DNA of 63,837 nucleotides, filler included, from Octopus bimaculoides (taxonomy: Eukaryota), in NCBI RefSeq assembly GCF_001194135.2. It is 8 parts of 6 records of this genome, joined end to end, with 100 filler letters (N's around TTAATTAATTAA, not from the genome) between each part and the next. Parts side by side here need not be neighbours in the genome. Positions count along the whole stretch, not along the records: positions 7,716 to 19,253 come from NC_068989.1; positions 19,354 to 24,465 come from NW_026415570.1; positions 24,566 to 38,399 come from NC_068982.1; 5 more parts are not named here. One strand, given 5' to 3'. Numbering within the stretch: the stretch's first letter is position 1; the number at the start of each line of letters is the position of its first letter. This document shows positions 13,451 through 25,199 of the stretch, piece after piece. The notes below the pieces were generated by a model. The model was not told where the DNA came from and did not search any database. It worked only from the letters and a program-made list of their open reading frames with translations. Position numbers and translations under genes: made by a program.

Positions 13451-13789
13451 ACACATACATACATATTTCAAGTAGATTGACCTAACATGTGTTGAAGGAA
13501 AATGAAGCAATATTATCTGTGATCAAGAGTCGTTTTTGTCATTTATATTCCGATCTATTCATTCGCATTCGTCTTATTTCTTGACAGCGTTGCCTATTAT
13601 GAAATGCAGCAGAACGTTTTGGCGGTTCATAACAGAATACGCGATTAAGAGATAAGGAGCTATGAAAAATATGAAAGGCATTTTTTGTACGGTTTTAAAT
13701 AGCTCAAAACAATCCCTGTGATTGGCTATACATATACAAGCGGACACGCGCACAAACACACACACACACACACAGCATACCTGGGTGAG

Positions 13790-13829
<40 letters not shown>

Positions 13830-15385
13830 CGTGTAATGTAGCCGCTTTGTAACAGTACACCTTATCTCCTTTACATAAAACATCGTGTCTCCTACATGCA
13901 AATTTCTTAGTAAAGCACTGCATTGTCGATAAACAATTCATTAAATAACTTGATTCAGATGCGAACTTTATATTCGCTTCTGCGTAGTTTTAAATTTGAA
14001 ATCTTTCCATTGAGTCTTGTATGAGTTCGTTCGTGTCCTATTGTTCATCTTCTTGGCGTTACATCCACTACTCTTGATCCGTTTATTAGGTGTGTGTAAG
14101 AATATTCATACATTACATAAATCGATACATACACACACATACACACACACAAACATATATATTCTATATATATATATGTATATATTGTTGTACTTGGGGA
14201 TGGTCATGTTGCCAGTTTAGCCAATAAAAACACACGCACTGTATATTTGGTGTTAATTTTCTTTTTTTTTTTTTTTTCAGCTTTATATTACATTAATCTT
14301 AATCTTAATCTTATTTCGGCCAGAGTTCTTTCGTCACACTTCTGTGACCTCATCAGTGGTCCTTTGTTTCCTTCTTCTTTCTTATGTGTGTGTCTCACCT
14401 TGCTAACTATCAGCCATTTTGTATTTTGTATTCCTATTGTATGTGTCTACGCATGCGTGTCCTTCAATGTGTCTGTGTCTTTTGTAAGTGCATGTGTGTA
14501 TGGGGAGTGTTTGTATCACCTATATTCTCTGTTAATACGTGTTCGTTTGTATTNNNNNNNNNNNNNNNNNNNNNNNNNNNNNNNNNNNNNNNNNNNNNNN
14601 NNNNNNNNNNNNNNNNNNNNNNNNNNNNNNNNNNNNNNNNNNNNNNNNNNNNNNNNNNNNNNNNNNNNNNNNNNNNNNNNNNNNNNNNNNNNNNNNNNNN
14701 NNNNNNNNNNNNNNNNNNNNNNNNNNNNNNNNNNNNNNNNNNNNNNNNNNNNNNNNNNNNNNNNNNNNNNNNNNNNNNNNNNNNNNNNNNNNNNNNNNNN
14801 NNNNNNNNNNNNNNNNNNNNNNNNNNNNNNNNNNNNNNNNNNNNNNNNNNNNNNNNNNNNNNNNNNNNNNNNNNNNNNNNNNNNNNNNNNNNNNNNNNNN
14901 NNNNNNNNNNNNNNNNNNNNNNNNNNNNNNNNNNNNNNNNNNNNNNNNNNNNNNNNNNNNNNNNNNNNNNNNNNNNNNNNNNNNNNNNNNNNNNNNNNNN
15001 NNNNNNNNNNNNNNNNNNNNNNNNNNNNNNNNNNNNNNNNNNNNNNNNNNNNNNNNNNNNNNNNNNNNNNNNNNNNNNNNNNNNNNNNNNNNNNNNNNNN
15101 NNNNNNNNNNNNNNNNNNNNNNNNNNNNNNNNNNNNNNNNNNNNNNNNNNNNNNNNNNNNNNNNNNNNNNNNNNNNNNNNNNNNNNNNNNNNNNNNNNNN
15201 NNNNNNNNNNNNNNNNNNNNNNNNNNNNNNNNNNNNNNNNNNNNNNNNNNNNNNNNNNNNNNNNNNNNNNNNNNNNNNNNNNNNNNNNNNNNNNNNNNNN
15301 NNNNNNNNNNNNNNNNNNNNNNNNNNNNNNNNNNNNNNNNNNNNNNNNNNNNNNNNNNNNNNNNNNNNNNNNNNNNNNNNNNNNN

Positions 15386-15426
<41 letters not shown>

Positions 15427-15640
15427 TATATGTACATATACACACACACACACACATATACACAGAGAGAAAGAGAGGAAGTGACAGAATTAATATAGAC
15501 AGCAGTGTGCAATGTTTTACCAAAAGCGAAAACTCTAGTTCTCACTAAATATGACTAAGGTGTTAGAAACACCTACATTGCTAGAAATAAGACCTAAAGC
15601 TGTAGTCAAGCACACACACACAGAGATGTGTGTGTGTGTA

Positions 15641-15790
15641 GTTGAAATTTACAGAAAAACAGAAGACGAAGACAGGTGAATGAACAACAAGCAGATGCAT
15701 TAGTCTGACGCTCGGGATGAAGGAAACGGAAGATTGATTCAGCTCTAGTCTTTATTCAGTACGACGATCGTTTCGATCCATCCTGCAACT
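15641..15790 (-). mobile_element. Diverged Penelope-type terminal repeat
   Basis: Reverse complement resembles 8330-8430 (…ACCTGTCTTCGTCTTCTGTTTTTCTGTAAATTTC) and carries GAAACGATCGTC. Confidence 0.5.
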
Positions 15791-16102
15791 GTCCGTTATG
15801 GGTAGGATATTGTGCATCTAATTGTGTTGCATCAGTCATTGCAGTTTATATCACATCAGGTATATGCATAAACCAGGGGATGCCCCACTAGATATACTGA
15901 GTTCTCCTAGCCATGTTGTTCTTGACCGCTGTGTTTTGGTTATGTTAGATATGATACACATACACATATTTATATGCATGTAAGTGACCATATATGTGCA
16001 TGAGTTTGCGTGTGTGTATATGTGTGTATCTTAAATGGTATTGTGGATCTGTGGATAAGCATGTGAGTGTCGAGGTTTGTGTGTGTGTACGTATGTATAT
16101 AT

Positions 16103-16154
<52 letters not shown>

Positions 16155-16161
16155 GTATTTA

Positions 16162-16193
<32 letters not shown>

Positions 16194-16769
16194 NNNNNNN
16201 NNNNNNNNNNNNNNNNNNNNNNNNNNNNNNNNNNNNNNNNNNNNNNNNNNNNNNNNNNNNNNNNNNNNNNNNNNNNNNNNNNNNNNNNNNNNNNNNNNNN
16301 NNNNNNNNNNNNNNNNNNNNNNNNNNNNNNNNNNNNNNNNNNNNNNNNNNNNNNNNNNNNNNNNNNNNNNNNNNNNNNNNNNNNNNNNNNNNNNNNNNNN
16401 NNNNNNNNNNNNNNNNNNNNNNNNNNNNNNNNNNNNNNNNNNNNNNNNNNNNNNNNNNNNNNNNNNNNNNNNNNNNNNNNCTAGGAAGCACCGCTTCCTG
16501 TCGGCCTTGACACGTTTCCTGTGTCCTTATGTTTACAAAGGGGGAGATAAGCTATAGCGTTTTTGTCTTAATAACTAATAAGGATGTCTTTTAGCCCCGG
16601 CATCTGAAACTCTGAGTATTATTATGACAACTCACTGATTGTCCTATATTGTATATTTATAGATAAATTCCTCTGTTTACATAATATCGAGGTCTCATTC
16701 TTTCGTTGTCATATTATTATTATTATTATTAATGTATATATATGTGTGTGTGTGTGTATTTATAGATTT

Positions 16770-16880
16770 AAACCAAAATTTGGCAAAAATATTGTATCTG
16801 TTATCAAACGTAGCAAAATACTCACAAGTGAATTTTTGTATTTATATCGATTTAAAAAAGAGCTAAAATCTGATCCATTG
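16770..16880 (+). repeat. Dispersed repeat of unknown class, second copy at about 63679-63790
   Basis: ACCAAAATTTGGCAAAAATATTGTATCTGTTATCAAACGTAGCAAAATACTCACAAGTG versus ACCAAAAAATTTGGTAAAAAATATAGTATCTGTTAACAATCTTAGCAAAAAACTCACAGTTG. Confidence 0.65.
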
Positions 16881-17099
16881 TAAAGACTTTATTATGACCT
16901 ATGATCATTTCGATGCAATATCCAGATCGATTCATGCATATTATTAAATATGGGATATTGTATCTCTTCAGGGTCGTACAAAGCAGACAGTAAAAATAGA
17001 CATCCATAGTTAACCTATAATTACATGTAAATAAACAAGTTGAAAAGACATGATTCGTAATACAACCGTCCAGCATATCCGTGTTGAAAAAAAAAAATA

Positions 17100-17264
17100 T
17101 CCATTTTCTATCAGCATGCTGTAGTCTGTCACAATGGCTCCTTAGGCAGATTTAAGTTAGACATCTTATCTACACATCCCACTGATGCAACGCTGAGACA
17201 AGTCACTGAATCTGTCTGTATACAGGAATACAAACCTACTCTCAACCGTTTATCCGAATGAGGT
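17100..17264 (+). mobile_element. Penelope-like GIY-YIG C-terminal fragment (second lineage)
   Basis: SIFYQHAVVCHNGSLGRFKLDILSTHPTDATLRQVTESVCIQEYKPTLNRLSE*G matches the H...H...RQ.TE.V.I....P.LN...EWG motif. Confidence 0.65.
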
Positions 17265-17455
17265 GACATCCAGATTCCACTCGGGAGTACCCATCTATAA
17301 TCACTCTTTCTCTCATTTACATGTAGAAATCCATACATACATATTGAGATGCATGATACTAAAATACATATATGTAGTTATATATAATCTTATGAGCGTA
17401 CTTAGATTAATATGTATGTACGTATGTGTAGATGTATGTGTTTTTTGCGTGGGTG

Positions 17456-17490
<35 letters not shown>

Positions 17491-17699
17491 GCGTTGTGTG
17501 AGTATATGTGTGTGTATGAGTGTGTACATGCATGCACGTATGGGTATATGTATATACTTTAAAATTATACATATATATGTTAGTGTGTATACGTGTTTAT
17601 ATAATTGTATTTGCTTGTACGTATGTATAGGTAGGTTTATATTTGCATGTATGTATCTAAGTCGTTATATCCAGTCACCGTTAGACGATGGTGAGAGGG

Positions 17700-17740
<41 letters not shown>

Positions 17741-17905
17741 AGTGTATACAACCTTCGACAGAGTAACAGTGATATATACAACTTGAACAGACACACATAT
17801 CAGTACATAAACATATGTTCACATGTACATACACCTATACACACCACACACGTCTATACAGTTACATACCAAAATACTCACATACATACATAAGTACATA
17901 GTACA

Positions 17906-17938
<33 letters not shown>

Positions 17939-17989
17939 GCGTACATACATGCGTATAGGGATGCATGCATGTAGAAAACATAAACACAC

Positions 17990-19010
17990 TCTAAGATGTA
18001 GTGCAGCGTATAATTTAATGGGGAAGGCCGGTTTATGGGATTACCTTGGGTTTCCCGTCTGTAAAGGTTTTAGCTTTATGGTCAGACCCTAAAACCTGTT
18101 GGCCTAAGACCTCTTCAAAATATGGAAGAGGAAAAGCTATCGACTTCTGGCTATGTCGCCTCCAGAAAGCTACGAAGATAAACAATAGAGGATTATCTCC
18201 CTTTGTCATTGGCTATTGACTTCCGGCTGTGCCGCCATGTTGCGGATTCCAAAACGCTAGCAAGAATTTCCTAAAATGTAAACATGACCCGAAAATCTCC
18301 GTTCTGAAGTTGAGCATGTTCCCTGGATCGAGCGAGTCTTTTAGAATTCTGGCGCGTTCAGCTATGCATAACTTGCAACGCTTCGTCTTGTTGATGTAGG
18401 GGCCCGGGTTTTCGAGGATTTTCCATGAGATCAAGTATGGGATCCCATCGTACCTTAGCTGCCAGACGTGACTGGCCAGCGATGTTACGTATCTCCTTTC
18501 CGGAACTCTGAAGGAATACCTATAGTTGGAGAGACATTGCGTGATAGAATTCCCAGTACATCCAATGGGCGCGTGTTGTCGGTGCTGTACATGTTGCTGT
18601 AGTTGTTGCTGCTGTTGTCGCTGATGGTGTTGTTATTGGAGCCGGGGTTTATGGTATTGGTGATGATGGAAGTGGTGGTGGCGGCGTCAGTAATGTTATC
18701 GCTACTGCCGGTTATGGAGAAGGCGCTGTTGTTGTTAATATTGTTATAACTGTCATTATTGCGGTCCGCCAATGGTGGGGGAGCTGCCTCTGCTACTAGA
18801 AGTATCATTAACCCTGGTTATGCCGGAGCTTCTGCTAGGGCTGTTGTCGCTATTGCTGTTGTTGTAGCCGTTATAGTTTATGATGTCACTGAACCTGTCA
18901 CTGTTGCTATAGGGGCTGTCAGGTCGGCTACTGTGGACGACGGGGAAAATTTTGAAAACGATCGGCGCTAACCGTGTAACAATATAGACACACAGCAGTC
19001 GGGGTGTATA
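17990..19010 (-). mobile_element. Penelope-like element 3' part (GIY-YIG endonuclease, Naiad/Neptune-type)
   Basis: A minus frame reads IGCTGNSITQCLSNYRYSFRVPERRYVTSLASHVWQLRYDGIPYLISWKILENPGPYINKTKRCKLCIAERARIL...LNFRTEIFGSCLHFRKFLL. This is the characteristic PLE endonuclease C-terminus. Confidence 0.85.
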
Positions 19011-19453
19011 TATGCATATATGCATTAACCACACACGCACACACACTTATATCAACGTGCATATGTATATATGTATGCATATCTATGTACGCACATACAT
19101 ACACGCATACGTGTGTGTGTATGTATGTGTGCGTATGTATGTAAGTGTATACATACATATATATATATATGTATATATACATATGTATATATATATATAT
19201 GTATATATATAAATATGTATATATATATATATATATACATACGTATATATATANNNNNNNNNNNNNNNNNNNNNNNNNNNNNNNNNNNNNNNNNNNNTTA
19301 ATTAATTAANNNNNNNNNNNNNNNNNNNNNNNNNNNNNNNNNNNNNNNNNNNNGAACCATGCTGCAGCACCGCCTTTCGGTGTTTCGGGGCCTCCTTTAG
19401 GTGGTGTTTTTGGTGAAGAAGGGAGTTGGCCGGAGCTGCTCTTCTTTGTGCCT

Positions 19454-20029
19454 CTAGCTGTGATGTGGGCTCATCTGAGTTTGCAAGAATTCTGGCTCAA
19501 TTATATCTCTTGTGACTCCAAATGATGTCATCTGTAGTGCAGCATTATACTGTCTAATTTTGTTTTCGAAGTGCTTGGAATCTTGGTCAGTTGATGACAA
19601 CAGTTTCTTCAATGGCTCTTGAGGTTGGGGAATTGCAGGAACTTTAACCTTTCCACAACAGAACAGTGCAGGTGTCTCTCCAGGCCACTTCCTTGCTTTA
19701 CAATATATGCACTCAGTTGTCATTGCACCAATGGAAACTCTAGTGTCGTCTGTATATTGAACTGCTAGATCACAATTGAAAGCTGCTTCATAGAAGTCGC
19801 TTCTCTGAGCTGTTGCAAGTGCTCTTCGTTCTGCAGGGGATATCCTATTCCTTGTCAGTCGTGCATACTTCTGTTCATCACTTTGAGATGCTCTGACTTT
19901 TGTTGTACACAGTCTGTTCGTTTCTTGGCGTGCTTCTCTTTCTGCAGCTGTCTCTGTTTCCCTGGATAGAGATATTCTTTTGGCTGACCTTGATATTGTA
20001 GACGAGTTTGATATTTTCCTTCTAGGCAT
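19454..20029 (-). pseudogene. Helitron RepHel N-terminal fragment (3'-truncated)
   Basis: MPRRK... ORF containing IGAMTTECIYCKARKWPGETPALFCCGKVKVP...PEPL-like...SKHFENKIRQYNAALQMTSFG. This is the typical Helitron Cys-rich region and helitron-helicase-like N-terminus. Homology stops near 19480. Confidence 0.88.
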
Positions 20030-20158
20030 GGTTATATACGTATACAGAAATACACGAGTGCAGAAGATAGTAAACAAGGAAAATAACTTGGTAACGGAAA
20101 TTATGTTTCTTAAGACAACAAGCAGAAAGTAAATAAGAAATTTTAACGGAAAATAAAG

Positions 20159-20350
20159 TATTCTTTTCTACTCTAGGCACAGCCCGAAATTTTGGTGGAG
20201 GGGCCAGTCGATTGGATCGACCACTGGTACTTTATTTATCGGCCCGAATGGATGAAAGGCAAAGTCGACATCGGCGGAATTTGAACTCAGAACATAAAGA
20301 CAGATGAAATACCGCTAAGCATTTCACCCGGCGTGCTAACGTTTCTGCCA
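20159..20350 (-). mobile_element. SINE family B inserted in the Helitron leader
   Basis: Reverse complement of the family B consensus (GGCAAAGTCGAC..GGCGGAATTTGAACTCAGAAC). Confidence 0.9.
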
Positions 20351-20689
20351 GTATTGTAAGGGTTGAAGCGAAGTTTGTCACTCAGTGAACCAAAGAGCCA
20401 GTATCGATGGAACCAGGAAAATACCGTCAACAGCAGAAAAACACAAAACCGTACGGATTGAAGTGAAATTTATGAAGACACTTCTTTCAGTAAATTATGA
20501 ATTTACTTACATCAGTAATTGTGAACTTCTTTCTATCAGTAATTTGTTTATTTGTAAAACAGCGATTGAACAGCGATTGAACAGCGATTGAAAACAATAA
20601 CGATTGAAGTTAAAGTGAAAAAACATTGGCGTTTGAAAACTGAAAGTGAAAAGAATAGCGTCTGAAAAATGAAAGCGAAAACAATAGAG

Positions 20690-20846
20690 AGTGAGATATA
20701 GAGAGAGAGGGAGAGAGAGTGTGTGCGTGAGAGAGAGAGTGTATGTGTGTGTGTGAGAGACAGAGAGAGAGAGAGTGAGAGAGAGAGTGAGAGAGAGAGT
20801 GAGAGAGAGAGAGAGAGAGCTAGTTAGACAGACAAATAAGAGAAAT

Positions 20847-20916
<70 letters not shown>

Positions 20917-21090
20917 GTAGAGATAGAGACATAGAGATAGATAGAGACATAGAGATAGATAGAGACATAGAGATAGTGATATAGACAGAGAGATATGTTA
21001 CAGAGAGATAGAGATATATAGAGAGAGATGGATAGAGAGATATAGATAGAGAGATAGAGGGAAGGATAGAGCAGATGGACAGAGAGATAT
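20690..21090. repeat. (AG)n/(AGAT)n compound microsatellite
   Basis: Directly visible. Confidence 0.95.
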
Positions 21091-21282
21091 AGAGAGATAT
21101 AGATAGAAAGATATGTTAGTTACTGACGTTAGAAAACTGGAAGTAAATATTTTTAAAACTTTCAAAGATGTGAAGAGGTCAAATTATTCATGCATCACAA
21201 GTACGGATGCTATTAGTAAAGCCGTTTTCGCGTGAAAAGCGAATACACACATCCCTATTTTATATATTATATATACATTTTC

Positions 21283-21491
21283 TTTTACTCGTTTCACTCA
21301 TTTGATTGCGGTCATGCCGGAGTACCACCTTATGGGATCTTAGTCGAACAAGTCGACCCCATAGCTTATTCTTTATAAGCCTAGTTCTTATTCTATTGAT
21401 CTCATTGCCGAACCGTTAAGTTACGGGGCCGTAAGACACACCAGCATCGGTTGTCAAGCGATGGTGTGGAGGACAAACACAGAAACAAACA

Positions 21492-21492
<1 letters not shown>
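21283..21492 (-). mobile_element. SINE family A 3' half
   Basis: TTTTACTCGTTTCACTCATTTGATTGCGGTCATGCCGGAGTACCACC...CACCAGCATCGGTTGTCAAGCGATGGTG. Confidence 0.88.
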
Positions 21493-21534
<42 letters not shown>

Positions 21535-21801
21535 TGTGTCTGTGTGTNNNNNNNNNNNNNNNNNNNNNNNNNNNNNNNNNNNNNNNNNNNNNNNNNNNNN
21601 NNNNNNNNNNNNNNNNNNNNNNNNNNNNNNNNNNNNNNNNNNNNNNNNNNNNNNNNNNNNNNNNNNNNNNNNNNNNNNNNNNNNNNNNNNNNNNNNNNNN
21701 NNNNNNNNNNNGCATATCTCGCATCTATTTTCATTCCTCCACTTCATTCTCTATTTCATATCTTATCTAAATTAACTATTGCTTAACCATTTTCTCACAC
21801 C

Positions 21802-21849
21802 GTCTCCGATGAAGGGATATAAAAAATATCCTGGAAACAGCTGTAAGAC
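21802..21849 (+). ncRNA. Minimal type I hammerhead ribozyme motif (Penelope-associated)
   Basis: GTCT-CCGATGA-A-GGGATAT/AAAAA/ATATCCT-G-GAAA-CAGCTG-TA-AGAC. This gives stem I GTCT/AGAC, a core with a U4C change, a 7-bp stem II, a palindromic stem III and a GUA cleavage triplet. Confidence 0.65.
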
Positions 21850-22879
21850 CTATTTATAAATGTTCTAAAATCTTCACAGCCTTGGTTTTTTATCTCATTC
21901 TGAAAAAAAATTTTAAAATGTATACACGCTGATATATGACCTACGTTGGACTCCTTATTCGCATAATCACCGAACCTGGAGCTTAACTATGGTCTATCCA
22001 TAGCACTTACTCAGCATTACCTGACACCTATGGGTCTTACTGACACCATTACCTCACATAACCTCTCTCTATGTATATGTGTGTGTGTGTGTGTGTGTGT
22101 GCATGTATATTTAATATATACATATTTAATATATACATATATGTATATTATATATATCATATATAAATATTATAAATATGTATGTATAATATGGTGCAGT
22201 TTCTTGAAGTTAAAGATGGACGAGTTGATAACGTCGAGACTTTGGTGTTTTGAATCTTGTTGCAGAAGTGAAACTGTCGACATGAACAGCTCAGTCCCAC
22301 TTAGTTATTAGAAAATGCAACAAAGCTATATAAATCCCGATTGGAAGCAGCTCTGAAAATTATCGATTCTGCTAATGGGAAATGCGTCGTAGCCATGGGG
22401 GTTATTGCTGCCAGTATAATGAATGCCATGGATATAAGCAATCAACGCTGTGGAACGCTGTGACAGTACAAACCATGTGTGTCTTATTACCGTCACTGTT
22501 TATCTTTTAAGTATTGTAACTAGTCGTGGTCAAGACTCTATATGTCTCAATACAGTTAGCAAATCATTAACAACAAGCAAATATTATGTTTGAGCGAATG
22601 AGTGATGTCACTGCTCGATATAGAGATCTTAAATTCGTGTTGCATCAAACACTGTTTTCTGTATTCAGTTTAGTTTCAATGTTCTGATCTATTTTTATAA
22701 ACTTCAGCATTCTTCTATGACAAAGTTATATTTTTTATTTCTAGGTGTTAAAAATGAGAGACAAATGCACCAACTACCCACAGGAAGTAAATCAGTTTCA
22801 AGTCATATGCGCTAAAGATAGGATTGAATTTTGTACTGGATCAGTCCTTATCTGCAATTTCCGGTGTGCTGTGCACGAG

Positions 22880-23274
22880 AGATGTGTTTCTCCCAACGCT
22901 GGATAGTTAGTTTATTGTTGGCAATTTACCCGAGAGAAGAAACTGGTGCAATCCAACAAACCACTTAGCAATTTCAAATTCACTGACACTATCACGGTTT
23001 ATAACAAGGTGTAGTTATATAGTACGGCTTAAGTACAGCTAGGCGTACAGGGCATTTGTGAAGTTACAAGTCAGCTCTAAAATGACAGATTCTTGGCAAG
23101 CATGTAGTCGAAGTAACACTTAGGTGTAATCCACAGGTCTATGACTACGTATAGTTGTGCTTGGTAATTCAACCACCGTAGATATATCACAGCGTATGTG
23201 ATAAGGTACGAAGTATTGTCCACTCAAGTTTAGTCCAGCACCTAAATCTCTATGCGATCGTTTGCGCCTGACAC
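22880..23274 (-). pseudogene. Possible relic of a restriction-like (RLE) endonuclease of a non-LTR retrotransposon
   Basis: One minus frame with several stops gives NLSGQYFVPYHI...RPVD...SVILELTCNFTN...EFEIAKWFVG. It loosely resembles the Hero/NeSL-type DL.GQ..FP.HI..RPD..ILELTC motif. Confidence 0.3.
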
Positions 23275-24039
23275 CTGGTATTTAAAAGATGACAAAATAC
23301 ATATTTTGAATTATATCTATCTTTGAAAACAAAGGCCTTATTTAATCCTTAAGCCTGTGTCGCATTAAAAGAACCCCTGTGCATTAAATACCTACTTAAT
23401 GGTTGGCAATCATATTCAACTTCGCATGATAGACTTTCTACACTGACCTAATAAAACCTGTCCTTTTAAAGAAAAAAAGATAAAAACATGAAAAAGGAAA
23501 CAACATAGAAATTCAACGTATTCTGTGTTTAGCTGGGGTTTTTTTGTTTTGTTTTGTTTTTTTGGGGGGTGGGGGTTCAATACATACCAACTTGGAGACT
23601 GAGTGGTTCTGTCTTCTTTTGTTCTGGCATTTGAATTAAATCTCGCGAAAAAAAGCTCAACGTTGTCGAGTTAGATGACGTTGTGATCGTTGTATGTGAG
23701 AGTTTGATAGTTGAAGAATGTTCGTGCTGATTTTCCACCATATTTAAAGGAAAGCAATGACGGTCCCAATCAGTGAAGTAACTCACTCAAACAGAGGAAA
23801 TAACCGGTTTCGACTTGTTCCATCGTTTCTGGCTTTCTATCTCCCAGAACAGAAATATCGCCTGACAACATAAAACAAATATACAAATAAAGAATATCAT
23901 AGGGCAAATGAGACCAGTAAATAATATGTGTATATATACACACATTCATACGCGCGGGCGCACGCGCGCACACAAACATATATACATACATACATACATA
24001 CATACATACATACATACATACAAACATACATACATACAT

Positions 24040-24399
24040 ATAGAGAGAGGGGGAGAGGGAGGACAGAGGGAGGACAGAGGGAGAGATGGAGGAGAGAAGG
24101 GAAGAGAGAGAGGGAGAGAGAGAGAAAGGGAGAGAGGGGGAGAGAGAGAGGGGAGAGAGGGAGAGAGAGAGGGAGAGAGAGAGAAAGGGAGAGAGAGAAA
24201 GGGAGAGAGAAAAGGAGAGAGGGAGGGAGAGAGAAAGGGAGAGAGAGAGAAAGGGGGAGAGAGAGAGAGAGGGAGAGAGAGAAAGAGAGAGATGGAGAGA
24301 TAGAAAGGAAGATAGAGGGAGAGAGAAAGAGAGAGAGAGGGAGAGAGAGGGAGTGAGAAAGAGAGAGGGAGAGAGAGAAAGGGAGAGAGAGAGAAAGAG

Positions 24400-24436
<37 letters not shown>

Positions 24437-24465
24437 TAGACAGATAGATAGACAGATAGATAGAT
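24040..24465. repeat. GA-rich polypurine tract followed by (GACA)n/(GATA)n
   Basis: Directly visible. Confidence 0.95.
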
Positions 24466-24565
24466 NNNNNNNNNNNNNNNNNNNNNNNNNNNNNNNNNNN
24501 NNNNNNNNNTTAATTAATTAANNNNNNNNNNNNNNNNNNNNNNNNNNNNNNNNNNNNNNNNNNNN

Positions 24566-24599
<34 letters not shown>

Positions 24600-25199
24600 G
24601 CACACACACATACACACACACATACACACACACATAAATGCGTGTATGTCTAAATACACATAAACACAGAGGAAGGGAGGGTGCGGCAAAGATGCAGAGA
24701 ACGCGTCGGCTTAGTCAGGCTGTTTTACCATAGAAACACTGCGTGCAGGCAGACATTGTTCTCATTACCCAATAGATAAAAGGGCCTCATTCACGTACGT
24801 AATGAGGAACAAACGTACGCTAAACACACTGAGTGAAGCAGTTCGAGTTACACATGTATTGTAGACCTAACATCAATGTCAGGTTATCTTTTATACCAAC
24901 GAGGGAGAACGCCCATTTAGTAATGGTAAAAAGAAACAAGCATTGTTGCAAGATGTAGTTACTTCGCCCCCGCCTCCTTTTTTTTTTTACTTTCTTTTGT
25001 TCTCTCAGATACATTCATTTGCTAGTAAAGATTTCTCTCTTTCTCTCCCCCTCTCTCTTTCTCTTTCTTTCCTTCATCCCTCTCTCTTACTCCGCCTCTT
25101 TCCCTCTCATTCTGTCATTTGAATAAAACTATTTTGTTTATTTATTTGTATTTACATGCCCCCCTTTATTCAGTATTTGTATTTTATTAATGACGGGCG

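Larger units (their letters stand above)
19470..21276 (-). mobile_element. Helitron 5' portion with leader, internal microsatellites and an inserted SINE
   Basis: Helitron-type 5' end on the minus strand near 21276 (TATATATAATATATAAAATAGGGATGTGTGTATTCGCTTTTCACGCGAAAACGGCT), followed by the RepHel ORF. An 11-bp tandem AACAGCGATTG x3 lies near 20567-20600. Confidence 0.65.

Noticed and set aside
13589-13650. Acceptor followed by MQQNVLAVHNRIRD, similar to a CAP/SCP motif
   Set aside because: It hits a stop immediately, has no donor and has no further CAP exons.
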